Below the pieces are notes generated by a model. It saw only the letters and a list, made by a program, of their open reading frames with translations, was not told the DNA's origin and made no database searches. Below, piece after piece: positions 19,469 to 29,125 of a stretch of DNA of 64,000 bases. A program made the position numbers and the translations under genes. Source of the stretch: Longimicrobiales bacterium (GTDB taxonomy: Bacteria; Gemmatimonadota; Gemmatimonadetes; Longimicrobiales; Gaopeijiaceae); contig CBDDCX010000006.1 in the NCBI GenBank assembly GCA_965226375.1, positions 576,001-640,000 of the forward strand, given 5' to 3'. The stretch's first letter is position 1. Every line of letters begins with the position of its first letter.

Positions 19469-21510
19469 GACTGGAGCTACTTCACAGACGGCTGGTGGTC
19501 GGGATGGGCCTCTTGGCCCTCGTGGCGTTCGCCGGTGGCGCCGGCTTCGAACCCACCAGTGCGATACTTGCGGGCGTTGCTCTTGTGCTCGCTTTGGTCT
19601 GGCAGCCCGACGACGACCTCTCCCTTCGGCTCGAACAGTTCTGGCTGCCGCTGGCGGCGATCTTGGTACTCCGATCCCTCTACCACGTCTTCCTCATCGG
19701 CGACGACGTAGTGATCCCGGTCGTGGACCTTCTCCTGCTCCTGCTCAGCGCCGAGGCCCTGAGATCTCTGGATGCTCCGAATGACGCGCGCTTGTACGCA
19801 CTCACCTTTGCGCTCCTCCTGGCGTCAACCGCGTACCGCCCCGGAATACTCTTCGCCCTGGCCTTCGTCGGCTACGTCACACTCGCCACCGTGGCTTTGA
19901 TGGTCGGGCACCTCCACCGGAAGGCTCCCACCAGGGGAGGGCGAGAGATTACGCTCGACAGGAAGTTCCTCGTGAGCATGGCGAGTCTGTCGGGGATCAC
20001 GCTCATGATGAGCGGGATCGTCTTCGTCGCTTTTCCCCGGTTCTCGAGAGGATGGGCGTCTCGGGGAGAGGTCCTGGCCACGTCCATCGCCGGCTTCGCC
20101 GACGAGGTGTCCATCGGAAGCCACGGCTCGCGGATATTCCCGAATCCCGAGATCGTGTTGCGAGTGGAGTTCCCAGACGGGCAGCCTGCAGACATGGGAG
20201 GACTCCACTGGAGGGGGCGTTCCTACGACCGCTTCGACGGGGTCCGCTGGAGTCGATCCCCTTCACTTCCTCCGTCCCTCGGCACGGCGCGCTGGTACGA
20301 AGCGTGGAATCCGGACCGGATACGCCAAAAAATCTACGCGGCACCGTTGGACGTGCGTGTCCTCTTCGCACTCCATCCCCTCGTGGGAGTGCGCTCCGAT
20401 AATCCTCGCATCCAGCCCCTCTTCGACAACGCCGGAGATCACGTCTACTGGGGATCCGGCAACCCGTCCTACGAAGCCGTGTCGGTGGCGGGCCGCCCAC
20501 AGCCCGAGGGCTTACGCGCCGCGAGATCGGGCTTTGCCCCAGCCCGGAACCACTTCACCCAACTTCCTCGGCTTTCTCAACGAACCCGGGATCTCGCCCG
20601 GTCTCTGACCCAGGGCCTCGACAACAACTACGACCGTACCGTCGCCATCGAGGCGTTCTTCCACAGCGAGTTCGGTTATACACTCGACCTGCCCCGCTCC
20701 GCGCGAGAGGCAACGCTCGAGTACTTCCTGTTCGATCGGCAGGAGGGTCACTGTGAGTACTTCTCGACCGCCATGGTCGTGTTGTTGCGCACCATGGGAA
20801 TCCATGCCAGGGAGGTAAATGGTTTCCTCGGTGGCCAGTGGAACGAGTTCGGGCAGTACCTGGCCGTGACCCAGAACGAGGCCCACTCGTGGGTGGAGGT
20901 GTGGTTTCCCCGCTACGGATGGGTGCCCTTCGACCCGACCCCCGCAGGCGCCGGGACGTCGGAGGCCCTCACCTCCTGGCTGTGGCCCGGCCGGTTCCTC
21001 TTGGACGGGCTCCAGCACCGTTGGAACAAGTGGATTCTCGACTACGATCAGGAGTCCCAGTCGGGCCTGATGCGGCGTGCCTCGGAGATGTTCCGTCGCG
21101 ATGGGCGGACCGAGCAGGCCGTCGACCAGCCCTCTTCGAGGGACCCCGCCGCCATGTTCTGGGGGACCCTCATGGTCCTGGCGCTCGGGCTGAGCGTCTA
21201 CTTGACCAACCGTGGCTCGTCGGGCGGACCGGAGACGCGACTCTATGTGAGGTTGCGTGACAGCTGTCGCGGAGCCGGCCTCGTGCCGCACGATGGCATC
21301 GCACCTCTCGCCCTGGTCGATGAGCTCGCTCGCCTGAAACATCCCGCGTATCGCCCGGCCCAGAGCCTAGTCACCAAATACCTGCGCTCACGATTCGGCG
21401 GCCACACCCTCGACGATTCCGCCCGGGACGAGATGAGAAGCGCCTTGGCGGCAGTACGGCGATCCCTCCGGAGTCGGTCCGGGTCGGCGCCTCCTTCAAC
21501 TCTCTCGTAG
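19465..21510 (+). CDS. Membrane transglutaminase-like protein (DUF3488/TgpA type)
   Basis: N-terminal TM region; GHCEYFSTAM, AHSWVEVW, WVPFDPT (Cys-His-Asp triad); ATGA overlap with DUF58 gene. Confidence 0.9.
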   Translation: MRLELLHRRLVVGMGLLALVAFAGGAGFEPTSAILAGVALVLALVWQPDDDLSLRLEQFWLPLAAILVLRSLYHVFLIGDDVVIPVVDLLLLLLSAEALRSLDAPNDARLYALTFALLLASTAYRPGILFALAFVGYVTLATVALMVGHLHRKAPTRGGREITLDRKFLVSMASLSGITLMMSGIVFVAFPRFSRGWASRGEVLATSIAGFADEVSIGSHGSRIFPNPEIVLRVEFPDGQPADMGGLHWRGRSYDRFDGVRWSRSPSLPPSLGTARWYEAWNPDRIRQKIYAAPLDVRVLFALHPLVGVRSDNPRIQPLFDNAGDHVYWGSGNPSYEAVSVAGRPQPEGLRAARSGFAPARNHFTQLPRLSQRTRDLARSLTQGLDNNYDRTVAIEAFFHSEFGYTLDLPRSAREATLEYFLFDRQEGHCEYFSTAMVVLLRTMGIHAREVNGFLGGQWNEFGQYLAVTQNEAHSWVEVWFPRYGWVPFDPTPAGAGTSEALTSWLWPGRFLLDGLQHRWNKWILDYDQESQSGLMRRASEMFRRDGRTEQAVDQPSSRDPAAMFWGTLMVLALGLSVYLTNRGSSGGPETRLYVRLRDSCRGAGLVPHDGIAPLALVDELARLKHPAYRPAQSLVTKYLRSRFGGHTLDDSARDEMRSALAAVRRSLRSRSGSAPPSTLS

Positions 21511-21542
21511 CGATCCGCCAAGGGCGATGCTAATTTCGTCTC

Positions 21543-21848
21543 ATGACGACCCCGACCGACCCCCCGAGGCCGCCACCCCCATCCAACAGACAGCACCTGG
21601 CGACTATCAGCCATAATGGCCGCTTTTGGGAGGTGTACCTGGAGTTCAGTGACGACCCCCGGCGGCCCTCGAGCTACCGTGGCCTTCTCTGCTTCTCCCC
21701 GGCCGACAACAAAGGTGAAGAACCCGCCCTCCGGACGACCGCGATCATCATCGAGGAGTCCTACGAAGAGGCCGTCCGAAAGGCCCGGGCGTTCGAGGAG
21801 CACCAGCTCCAGGGGCTCCTGCGGTCCGTGCTCCCCGAGGAGGAGTGA
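21543..21848 (+). CDS. Hypothetical protein (101 aa)
   Basis: Clean ORF filling the gap between genes, GC-rich codon use; no recognised motif. Confidence 0.7.
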   Translation: MTTPTDPPRPPPPSNRQHLATISHNGRFWEVYLEFSDDPRRPSSYRGLLCFSPADNKGEEPALRTTAIIIEESYEEAVRKARAFEEHQLQGLLRSVLPEEE

Positions 21849-21876
21849 CCCGGGCGTAACCCAGCGCTGTCGCCTA

Positions 21877-23133
21877 TCAGGAGGACTCGCGGACCCAACG
21901 CATGAGTTCGGGTAGGGTCGGCCTTTTCCCCTGCATGAGGATTCCCACCCGGTAGATACGGCCCGCAACCCACGCCACGGCCGGCACGGTCAGAGCCACA
22001 AGCACCAGGGATAGTCCGACCTGCCAGAGAGGCGCCCCGCCGATGAAGCGAGGGAACATGAGGACCGGTGTAAAGAACGGTACGAACGAAAGCCAAGTGG
22101 CCAGGGGCCCGTTCGGATTTTCCATGACGGGCACCAGAAACATGATGGGTACGACCAAGAGCATGGTCACCGGTATTTGCAACTGCTGGGCCTCTTCCTC
22201 GCTCGAGCACATGGCCGCCACCGCGGCGTAGAGGCTCGAGAAGAGGAAGTAGCCAAGGACGAAGAACGCGATGAAAAGAGCGATGCCTCCCCCTACCGGA
22301 AGTAGGTCGATGAGGGTCTTGACCTCCAGAAGCTCCGGTCGGGCAGCCACGACGTAGGGGAGTCCGAACGTCAAGAGCAGAACGAGGCTCAAAGCCCATA
22401 TGGCCAACTGTGTCAGCCCCACGGCTCCCACCCCGAGGATCTTCCCGAGCATGAGTTGCCACGGCTTTACGGTCGAGATGATGATTTCGACGATCCGGGT
22501 CGTCTTCTCCTCCAGGACGGCCCTCATGACCTGGACGCCATAGAGGAGGATCACCATGTAGAGCATGATGGCGCCCACAAAGCCTGCCAGCATGCCGGCC
22601 TCCCGTTGGCCGTCCTCGAGTCCACCCTCGTCGAGACTCACGTAATCGATGTTGCCACCCGAGAGGAGCGCCTCGAGGCCCCCGGCGTCCGACACGGTAG
22701 GCCCGAGCCGTTGCCGAAGAACAGACTGGACCACCGCCCGCTGAATTCTCATCCTACGGACCGTGCCGGGAGTTGCGTTCCCCCGGAATACGGCGCTGCC
22801 CGCAGACAACGTCTCGTCGGTCAGCAGCAAGAAACCAGCGATCTCCCCGGCCGCGATCCGCTGGTCCAGAGCCTGGACCACATCACCGGTGTAGACGACC
22901 CGTTCAACCTCGAAGGAAGTTCCGAGGTCGGCCACGACATCGTCGTAGAGAACTTCGGTCCGATCGACGATGACGATGACCCGCTCCCGGGCCTCGTTCC
23001 GGGCCTGCATGACAATCGGGATGGCCATGATGGCGATCATGAACACGGGCAGACCGATCGTGCTGAGAATGAACCACTTGTTCCTGACCCTCTGGAGGTA
23101 CTCGCGTCGCACCACGGCGATGACGGTCCTCAT
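21877..23133 (-). CDS. ABC-2 type exporter permease (NatB/YhaP-like)
   Basis: RREYLQRVRNKWF, VLEEKTTRIVEII, MLGKILGVG. Confidence 0.9.
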   Translation of the reverse strand: MRTVIAVVRREYLQRVRNKWFILSTIGLPVFMIAIMAIPIVMQARNEARERVIVIVDRTEVLYDDVVADLGTSFEVERVVYTGDVVQALDQRIAAGEIAGFLLLTDETLSAGSAVFRGNATPGTVRRMRIQRAVVQSVLRQRLGPTVSDAGGLEALLSGGNIDYVSLDEGGLEDGQREAGMLAGFVGAIMLYMVILLYGVQVMRAVLEEKTTRIVEIIISTVKPWQLMLGKILGVGAVGLTQLAIWALSLVLLLTFGLPYVVAARPELLEVKTLIDLLPVGGGIALFIAFFVLGYFLFSSLYAAVAAMCSSEEEAQQLQIPVTMLLVVPIMFLVPVMENPNGPLATWLSFVPFFTPVLMFPRFIGGAPLWQVGLSLVLVALTVPAVAWVAGRIYRVGILMQGKRPTLPELMRWVRESS

Positions 23134-24068
23134 GCGACACCTCCCACCTGTCGAAAGTCCGTGGGCACACCAGCGTCACCGGCAGCGTCGGCGCCCGCAT
23201 GGCGAACAAAGATCTCGTGTAGACTAGGCTCGACGAGCTCGAACCGGTTGATGGTGACGCCCGCATCGACACCGCGGCGAAGAACAGCCTGTGCGTCACC
23301 TCCCTCGACAAGAAGAAGCCGGACTCCTGCGTCCGTAGTCTCCACCATGTCCACCTCCGGCCCTCTCAGCCACCCGTCATCCCCGTCGAAATCCACTGCC
23401 ACCGCTCCGCTCCGCTCTGCACGCTTCAACTCCTTCAGTTCACCGTCTAAGACTTTTTCTGCCTTGGAGATGAGACAGACACGCTCGCACAACCTCTCGG
23501 CCTGCCCCATGAGGTGGGTCGAAAAGAGGATGGTGGTTCCCATCTCGTGGAACTCCCGCACGATGTCCTCCAGTACGTCCTGGTTGATCGGGTCGAGGCC
23601 GCTGAACGGCTCATCGAGGATCAATAGGTCGGGCTCGTGAAGCACCGTTCCGATGAACTGGACCTTTTGTTGCATCCCTTTTGAGAGGTCCTCGATCTTC
23701 TTCTCTGCCCACCCTTCCAGACCCAGTCGCTCCAGCCACACGTTGGAGCGCTCCCTGGCGGTGCGACGAGCCATTCCACGAATCTCCCCGAGAAACTCGA
23801 GCTGCTCGATGACCTTCATCTTCTTGTAAACGCCGCGCTCCTCAGGCAAGTAGCCCACTCGCTGGCGCAGCGGCCCGTCGGACTTGCCCCCGAGCAGGGT
23901 CACAGCTCCTTCGTCCGGGAGCAGAATCCCCATCATCATGCGGATGGTGGTCGTCTTTCCAGAGCCGTTCGGTCCGAGAAGCCCGTAAATCGTACCCCGC
24001 GGAATTTCAAGGCTGAGCCGAGAGATGGCAGTGTGGCTACCGAAGCGTTTGCTGACGCCCTCCAGCAC
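23130..24068 (-). CDS. ABC transporter ATP-binding protein (NatA/YhaQ-like); possible CTG start at 24101
   Basis: GPNGSGKTT, LSKGMQQK, LILDEPFSGLDP. Confidence 0.93.
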   Translation of the reverse strand: MLEGVSKRFGSHTAISRLSLEIPRGTIYGLLGPNGSGKTTTIRMMMGILLPDEGAVTLLGGKSDGPLRQRVGYLPEERGVYKKMKVIEQLEFLGEIRGMARRTARERSNVWLERLGLEGWAEKKIEDLSKGMQQKVQFIGTVLHEPDLLILDEPFSGLDPINQDVLEDIVREFHEMGTTILFSTHLMGQAERLCERVCLISKAEKVLDGELKELKRAERSGAVAVDFDGDDGWLRGPEVDMVETTDAGVRLLLVEGGDAQAVLRRGVDAGVTINRFELVEPSLHEIFVRHAGADAAGDAGVPTDFRQVGGVA

Positions 24069-24281
24069 GACCGCGGGACCAGAGCCGTTCGAGGTGTTCA
24101 GGGATTCCTCCTGGTGACTATGTACTCATGTGCACGCTACCGGATGCGAGCGTTTCCTCTCCCCATACGCGCGGACGACCGGACATCTTCAACACCTTGA
24201 GGCTGATTGGGAAGCCCCGGTTGCCGCCACCCCCAAACTCTATAGATTTCGCCTGCTACTGACTAATCAAGAGGAGGCCGG

Positions 24282-24473
24282 ATGGCCATCTATCGTACGC
24301 TCTTTTACGCGGACGTGACCATCGGAGTCGGAGGACGGGTCACAATTCCTCAGGACCTGCGGGAAACCCTGAGGCTAACCGCAGGAGATGCCTTGACCGT
24401 TCGTGTGGAAGAGACTTCGGACGGACGGCGGCAGATGGTGATGTGGCACGCGGAAGAGCAGCCCGAAGAGTAG
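24282..24473 (+). CDS. AbrB/MazE/SpoVT-family DNA-binding protein
   Basis: GRVTIPQDLRETLRLTAGDAL; GAGGAGG RBS. Confidence 0.8.
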   Translation: MAIYRTLFYADVTIGVGGRVTIPQDLRETLRLTAGDALTVRVEETSDGRRQMVMWHAEEQPEE

Positions 24474-24493
24474 GTTTCACCCCCTCCCCGTTC

Positions 24494-25894
24494 TCAACCG
24501 TCTTCTAGATCGATCCACCGAATCAACCCGTCGAAGACGGACGCCCCGTCATGATGCCACCAGGGCGGGGGCCACGGCGCAGTCTCGAACGACGTGACCC
24601 TGGTTACACCGACTCGACCCAAGGCCATCGCCAGCTCTGCTCGCCGATCCCCGGCCCCCGTGAGCGCTACTGTCTGCAGGTAGCGTCGCAGCTCGTAGAG
24701 CAACTCGGGAACCTCGGCCAAGTCCGACACCGGCTTCACGTGGATCACCCGATTCTGACACGAGAGGGTGAAAGCCGGGCTGACCTGGTAGATCACAGTC
24801 CAGGCTCCGCTGTCTCCTCGGTGGACCCGCGAGCCGTTCCCCGAAGCCTCCTCGAGCTCGGCCGCCCCACGCAGTTGGTGGAGAGATGATGCCTCGTCGG
24901 GCGTCAGGCGCCCCCCAGGAAGTGCACTCTCCACCTCGGCCATCAGCTCGGCGAGGACGCCGGACCAGACCATGGGGTCGGTGACTCCTCCGCGCTCCAC
25001 ATACAGCACGTGAGGTGACACACATCCTCTCTGGTCGAACATGGACACGGCCATAGCAGCGTCCGCGGCCGTCCGCCGCGCCTCTTCAAGGCTCAGCGCA
25101 TCCCGCCCGACCAGGCCGACGCTGACCCTGTGGTGGTAGGCCACGAAACGGGACGTGATCGGCGTGCGAGCCCTCAGCGCCGCCACCGACTCGCTGCTGC
25201 CGTAGGCCACGACCACCTCGGCACTCTCCAGCGCTAGCGCCTCCGCCGGGCCATCTCCCCCCGGCCAGTAGGCCACGGCCAGTCCTGCGGCCAGCTCCGG
25301 GTCCTCCTCAGCCAGCGCTCGCGCGAACAGAACAGGGAGCGCCAGGTCACCCTTGCCGGGCTTCAAGAGCACCGCCGACTTGACCAGGAGTGCACGAATC
25401 AGAGAAGAGACACTCACCCCCGGCACGGTCCCGGCACCCACATGAAAGCTCAGGGCGGGTCCGGAAGCGTGGACCGTGCGGCCCGAATCGAGCCGCTGGA
25501 AGTCGTCGAGAACCTCGGGTACTCCCAACTCCCTTTCCAATAGCTCGGTCAGACGGCCGGCGGTCCAATCGCGAGCCATGCCGGTCAGGACCACACCCGC
25601 CATTTCCACCGAGATACCCGCAGTCGGGACGAGCCACTCCAGCGCCTCGAGCCGTATCGGGTCCTCCAGATCGAGGAACCGCTCGGCGCTCCGCCCGAGG
25701 CTCCGAACCACCTCGCTCACCGGCCGCTCACTCAGTGATCTCCCCGAGGCTCGAAGCCCTTCCAAGAGGCGACTCCAGTCGGCCAGTGCCAACTGCGGAT
25801 AACCCACCTCGATCCCTGGCTCCACCCCGAAACTCTCCCACCTGGCGTCGAAGGAGAATCCGGCGGGAAACGCAAACGCGTCCAGCGTCCTCAT
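24494..25894 (-). CDS. LuxC-like acyl-CoA reductase
   Basis: HVGAGTVPG, ALLVKSAVLLK, VAYGSSESV, FDQRGCVSPH (catalytic Cys), WHHDG. Confidence 0.85.
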   Translation of the reverse strand: MRTLDAFAFPAGFSFDARWESFGVEPGIEVGYPQLALADWSRLLEGLRASGRSLSERPVSEVVRSLGRSAERFLDLEDPIRLEALEWLVPTAGISVEMAGVVLTGMARDWTAGRLTELLERELGVPEVLDDFQRLDSGRTVHASGPALSFHVGAGTVPGVSVSSLIRALLVKSAVLLKPGKGDLALPVLFARALAEEDPELAAGLAVAYWPGGDGPAEALALESAEVVVAYGSSESVAALRARTPITSRFVAYHHRVSVGLVGRDALSLEEARRTAADAAMAVSMFDQRGCVSPHVLYVERGGVTDPMVWSGVLAELMAEVESALPGGRLTPDEASSLHQLRGAAELEEASGNGSRVHRGDSGAWTVIYQVSPAFTLSCQNRVIHVKPVSDLAEVPELLYELRRYLQTVALTGAGDRRAELAMALGRVGVTRVTSFETAPWPPPWWHHDGASVFDGLIRWIDLEDG

Positions 25895-25896
25895 CG

Positions 25897-27000
25897 CTAG
25901 CGTGCCCCCGCGAGAAGCTCGTCCATGGCCAGGGAGCAGCCCCGCGGCTCAGCGCCCTCCACCCTCCCCAGAACACGGAGTCCGCCCTCCGCATCCATGA
26001 TACCCATATCCTCCGTCAGAACCGCCATGACGGATCCGGCGTTGGCCAGATCGTAGTGACACAGCAGTCCTTCCTCACCGCAGGCGAGGGGCTCGAGGGT
26101 CACTGGATGCAACACCCTCGTGCGCATCCACGGCGGAGGGACGTGCACACGATCGTCAAGCGACCCCGCCTCACCGGACAGTACGGGCTCATAGAACTGA
26201 GACAGCAACTCCGTCATTCCGTATTCGTTCACGATCCGTTCGACCGGCACCTCGTGAGCGGTCGAGAGCGCCCCATAAAGCTCCGGTCGAGACAGGGTTC
26301 GGGAGCGTCCCTTGAAACCGCCCGTCTCGAGCAGTCGAGAGCCGACGGGCAGTCGTAAGCGAAGATCTGCCTCGGCGAGGGCATCGAGCCAGTGCACGAA
26401 AGCGAAGGCCGTCCCGGCCAACAACACCGGCTGGTCCTCGGCCGCGGCTTCCTCGATCGCAGCGCGGAGGCCGGCGACATCCAAACCGCGCTCGGGCCGC
26501 ACGAAGAACCCCCCATCGCCCCCGGAAAGCACCGCCAACGCCTCACCCAGCATGAAACTCAGTGAGGAGTCCGGCGCCTCATCGGGCGACGGTACCAAGG
26601 CCAACAGGCGAAGGCGTGTACCGTACAAGCGAGCCTCGAGGTTCGGGATCAACGAAGCCCGATAGAGATCCAAGTCCAGCACGTGATGCGCCCCACGGCC
26701 GTGGGCGCCCCGTGTGGTGCCGCTGGTCCAAAAGACCCGCTCGACGCGCGAGCAGTCGCCGGAGATCAACGGAACGACCTTGAACGCCGACGTCGGGACT
26801 GGCGGAATCGACTGCCAGTCGGCCACGGTCGATGGAGTGACGCCCCGCTTGCGACAGTAGCTCGAATAGATCGGGTTGGCCTCGAGTTGATATTCGAAGA
26901 CGCGCAGGGCCAGCTCGCCGAACCGCTGTTCCGGCCAGGGCTCCCGGACACCGGCCCGAAAGGCCGCCTTCAGTTCACTCGAAAGGCTACTGAAGTCCAC
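25897..27000 (-). CDS. LuxE-like acyl-protein synthetase
   Basis: FWTSGTT, ETGGFKGR, NEYGMTELLSQFY, TEDMG, C-terminal RGCS; GTG start overlaps the upstream gene end. Confidence 0.85.
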   Translation of the reverse strand: MDFSSLSSELKAAFRAGVREPWPEQRFGELALRVFEYQLEANPIYSSYCRKRGVTPSTVADWQSIPPVPTSAFKVVPLISGDCSRVERVFWTSGTTRGAHGRGAHHVLDLDLYRASLIPNLEARLYGTRLRLLALVPSPDEAPDSSLSFMLGEALAVLSGGDGGFFVRPERGLDVAGLRAAIEEAAAEDQPVLLAGTAFAFVHWLDALAEADLRLRLPVGSRLLETGGFKGRSRTLSRPELYGALSTAHEVPVERIVNEYGMTELLSQFYEPVLSGEAGSLDDRVHVPPPWMRTRVLHPVTLEPLACGEEGLLCHYDLANAGSVMAVLTEDMGIMDAEGGLRVLGRVEGAEPRGCSLAMDELLAGAR

Positions 27001-28699
27001 GAACCGCGCGTCCCGCCCGAGCCCCAGTCTGCTCACCCTCCCTGAGGGTGACCTGCCCGTTGACGACCACGAGTGGAATACCGACGGGGTACTGATGCGG
27101 TGCATCGAAGGTTGCTCCGTCCGCGACCTCTGTGGGGTCGAACGCAACGAGGTCCGCAAAGGCACCGATTCGGATGACGCCCCGGCCATCCAGACCGAGC
27201 TTGATAGCGGGCATGGAGGTGATCTTTTTCACCGCGAGCTCGAGCGACAGAGCCCCCACGTCCCGCACATAGTGCCCTATGAGCCGCGGGAACGTCCCGT
27301 AGGCCCTTGGGTGCGGAGAGCTACCGGATAAGGGCCCATACGGCGCATAGTTGCCTCCGTCGGAGCACACCATTCCGAGGGGATGGGCCAGGATCTTCGC
27401 GGTGTTGTCCTCAGACATCCCGAAGCCGATCATGCCGACGCTGTTGTTCTCCTCCGTGATGAGGCGAACGGCCATCGCGAACGGTTCCTCTGAACGCTCC
27501 TCGGCCAGTTCGCCCAAGCGCCGCCCCCGGGCGTAGGCGTTGGCCTCCGTGCGAGTCGACGTGACCTGCACGGCGTCCCAAGATCCCAAGAGCGCGACCT
27601 TCGCACGTGAGAACTCCTCGATCGCGGGAAGCTCGGCCGGATCACGCAGACGCCTCAAGAACGCCGCAGTCCCACCGGCCCTGGCCCAGGTAGGGAAGAG
27701 ACTCGAGAGTCCGGTGCTGTATGCAACGTACGGATAACGATCGAAGTGCACGTCGACGCCGGCGGTCCGAGCCTCTTCGATGGCCCTCAGAGCCGCCTCG
27801 GCCTTCCAGTAGTTCCGCTCACCCTGAGCCTTCAAGTGAGAGACCTGGACAGGCACGCCTGCCATGCGACCGACGTGGATGGTCTCCTCGATGGCTGCGA
27901 GTAGCCGGTCGTCCTCGTTCCGCATATGCGACGCATAGGGGTATCCCGTCCCACTCAGGGCTCCGGCCAACTCCACGAGCTCGGCAGTGTCGGCGAACGA
28001 GCCCGGCGTGTACTCGAGCCCCGTCGAGAAACCCACCGCTCCCTGTTCGAGTGCAGCCTCTACGAGCCCTCGCATACGGCTCACCTCGAGGGCGGTCGCC
28101 GGGCGGTCCTCCGAGCCCACGACCAGCCCGCGCACCGTTCCGTGCCCGACCATGGTAGCCAGGTTGATCGTGGACGGGGTGCGGTCGAGACGATCCATGA
28201 AGCCACCGAGATCGCGAAAGTCGATATCGACGCCGTAACTCTCCCGATACCGCTCTCTCGTGGCCTGGAATCCGGCCTCGGACCATGGGCCTACCGAACT
28301 TCCGTCCTGACCCACGACCTCGAGCGTAACCCCCTGTCGAACGCGGCTCTCCGCCGCGGGGTTGACCAGGAGCGAAAGGTCGGCGTGCGAGTGTATGTCG
28401 ATGAAGCCAGGCGCGAGCGCCATGCCTGCCAGATCGATCTCCTCGGCCCCCGCTTCGGTGATTCGTCCGATCGCCGTGATGCGGTCCCCGGTAACCGCGA
28501 CATCCGCCTCGACGCCGGGCATGCCGGTCCCGTCAAAGACCGTCGCACGGCGTAGCACCAGGTCAGGGGGGCTTCCGCCGGTCGTCGACAGCGCTCCGAC
28601 GGGTCCCAAGCCGTCGACCGCCCCGAGCGCGTCGACAGCCCCGAGCGCACCCACGGCACCCAGCGCCCCGCCCGCCCGGAGAAACGCTCGGCGCCTCAT
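26987..28699 (-). CDS. N-acyl-D-amino-acid deacylase (amidohydrolase), Tat signal
   Basis: RRRAFL Tat motif; PGFIDIHSHAD, SHMRNE, SHLK, CSDG, HPRAYGTFPR. Confidence 0.9.
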   Translation of the reverse strand: MRRRAFLRAGGALGAVGALGAVDALGAVDGLGPVGALSTTGGSPPDLVLRRATVFDGTGMPGVEADVAVTGDRITAIGRITEAGAEEIDLAGMALAPGFIDIHSHADLSLLVNPAAESRVRQGVTLEVVGQDGSSVGPWSEAGFQATRERYRESYGVDIDFRDLGGFMDRLDRTPSTINLATMVGHGTVRGLVVGSEDRPATALEVSRMRGLVEAALEQGAVGFSTGLEYTPGSFADTAELVELAGALSGTGYPYASHMRNEDDRLLAAIEETIHVGRMAGVPVQVSHLKAQGERNYWKAEAALRAIEEARTAGVDVHFDRYPYVAYSTGLSSLFPTWARAGGTAAFLRRLRDPAELPAIEEFSRAKVALLGSWDAVQVTSTRTEANAYARGRRLGELAEERSEEPFAMAVRLITEENNSVGMIGFGMSEDNTAKILAHPLGMVCSDGGNYAPYGPLSGSSPHPRAYGTFPRLIGHYVRDVGALSLELAVKKITSMPAIKLGLDGRGVIRIGAFADLVAFDPTEVADGATFDAPHQYPVGIPLVVVNGQVTLREGEQTGARAGRAVRGLQ

Positions 28700-28962
28700 A
28701 TGGACGATCCGCGACGGACCCGGCCGGGCTCCAAGCCGCCGAACGCGAGGATCTTCTCCTGCAGGCGCGCGGCCTCCCGATCTAAAAAGCTCTCGATTTC
28801 CATCAAGTGGTTCATCGCGTCCTCGTACTCGGCCTCCGGAAAGTCGTCCCCCTCGGCATGACAAAGCGCCCCTCGAAGGGCCTCGACCTCCCTCCGACTC
28901 TTCTCCACCGCACGCCGCAGTCGATTCAGCGCCCTACGGCCCTCGCTCTCGGCCGTGCTCAT
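28696..28962 (-). CDS. Small helical hypothetical protein (88 aa)
   Basis: MSTAESEGRRALNRLRRAVEKS...; stop overlaps the deacylase start (ATGA). Confidence 0.7.
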   Translation of the reverse strand: MSTAESEGRRALNRLRRAVEKSRREVEALRGALCHAEGDDFPEAEYEDAMNHLMEIESFLDREAARLQEKILAFGGLEPGRVRRGSSI

Positions 28963-29125
28963 CGGATGAAGAAAGCCATATTCAAGTACCGGCCTGGCGT
29001 TCGTGCTGCGGAGTGTGAAGCGGTCCACTCACATCGCGTGCGGTAAAAATGCCCGCTGGGCGCCCTTGGGAACAGAGGTCGCCCTCGGTAGGTTGGACGC
29101 TCCCATCGACATCGCATGAGACGAC

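Noticed and set aside
24494..27000. Bioluminescence operon
   Set aside because: No luxA, luxB or luxD; luxCE homologs occur widely without luciferase
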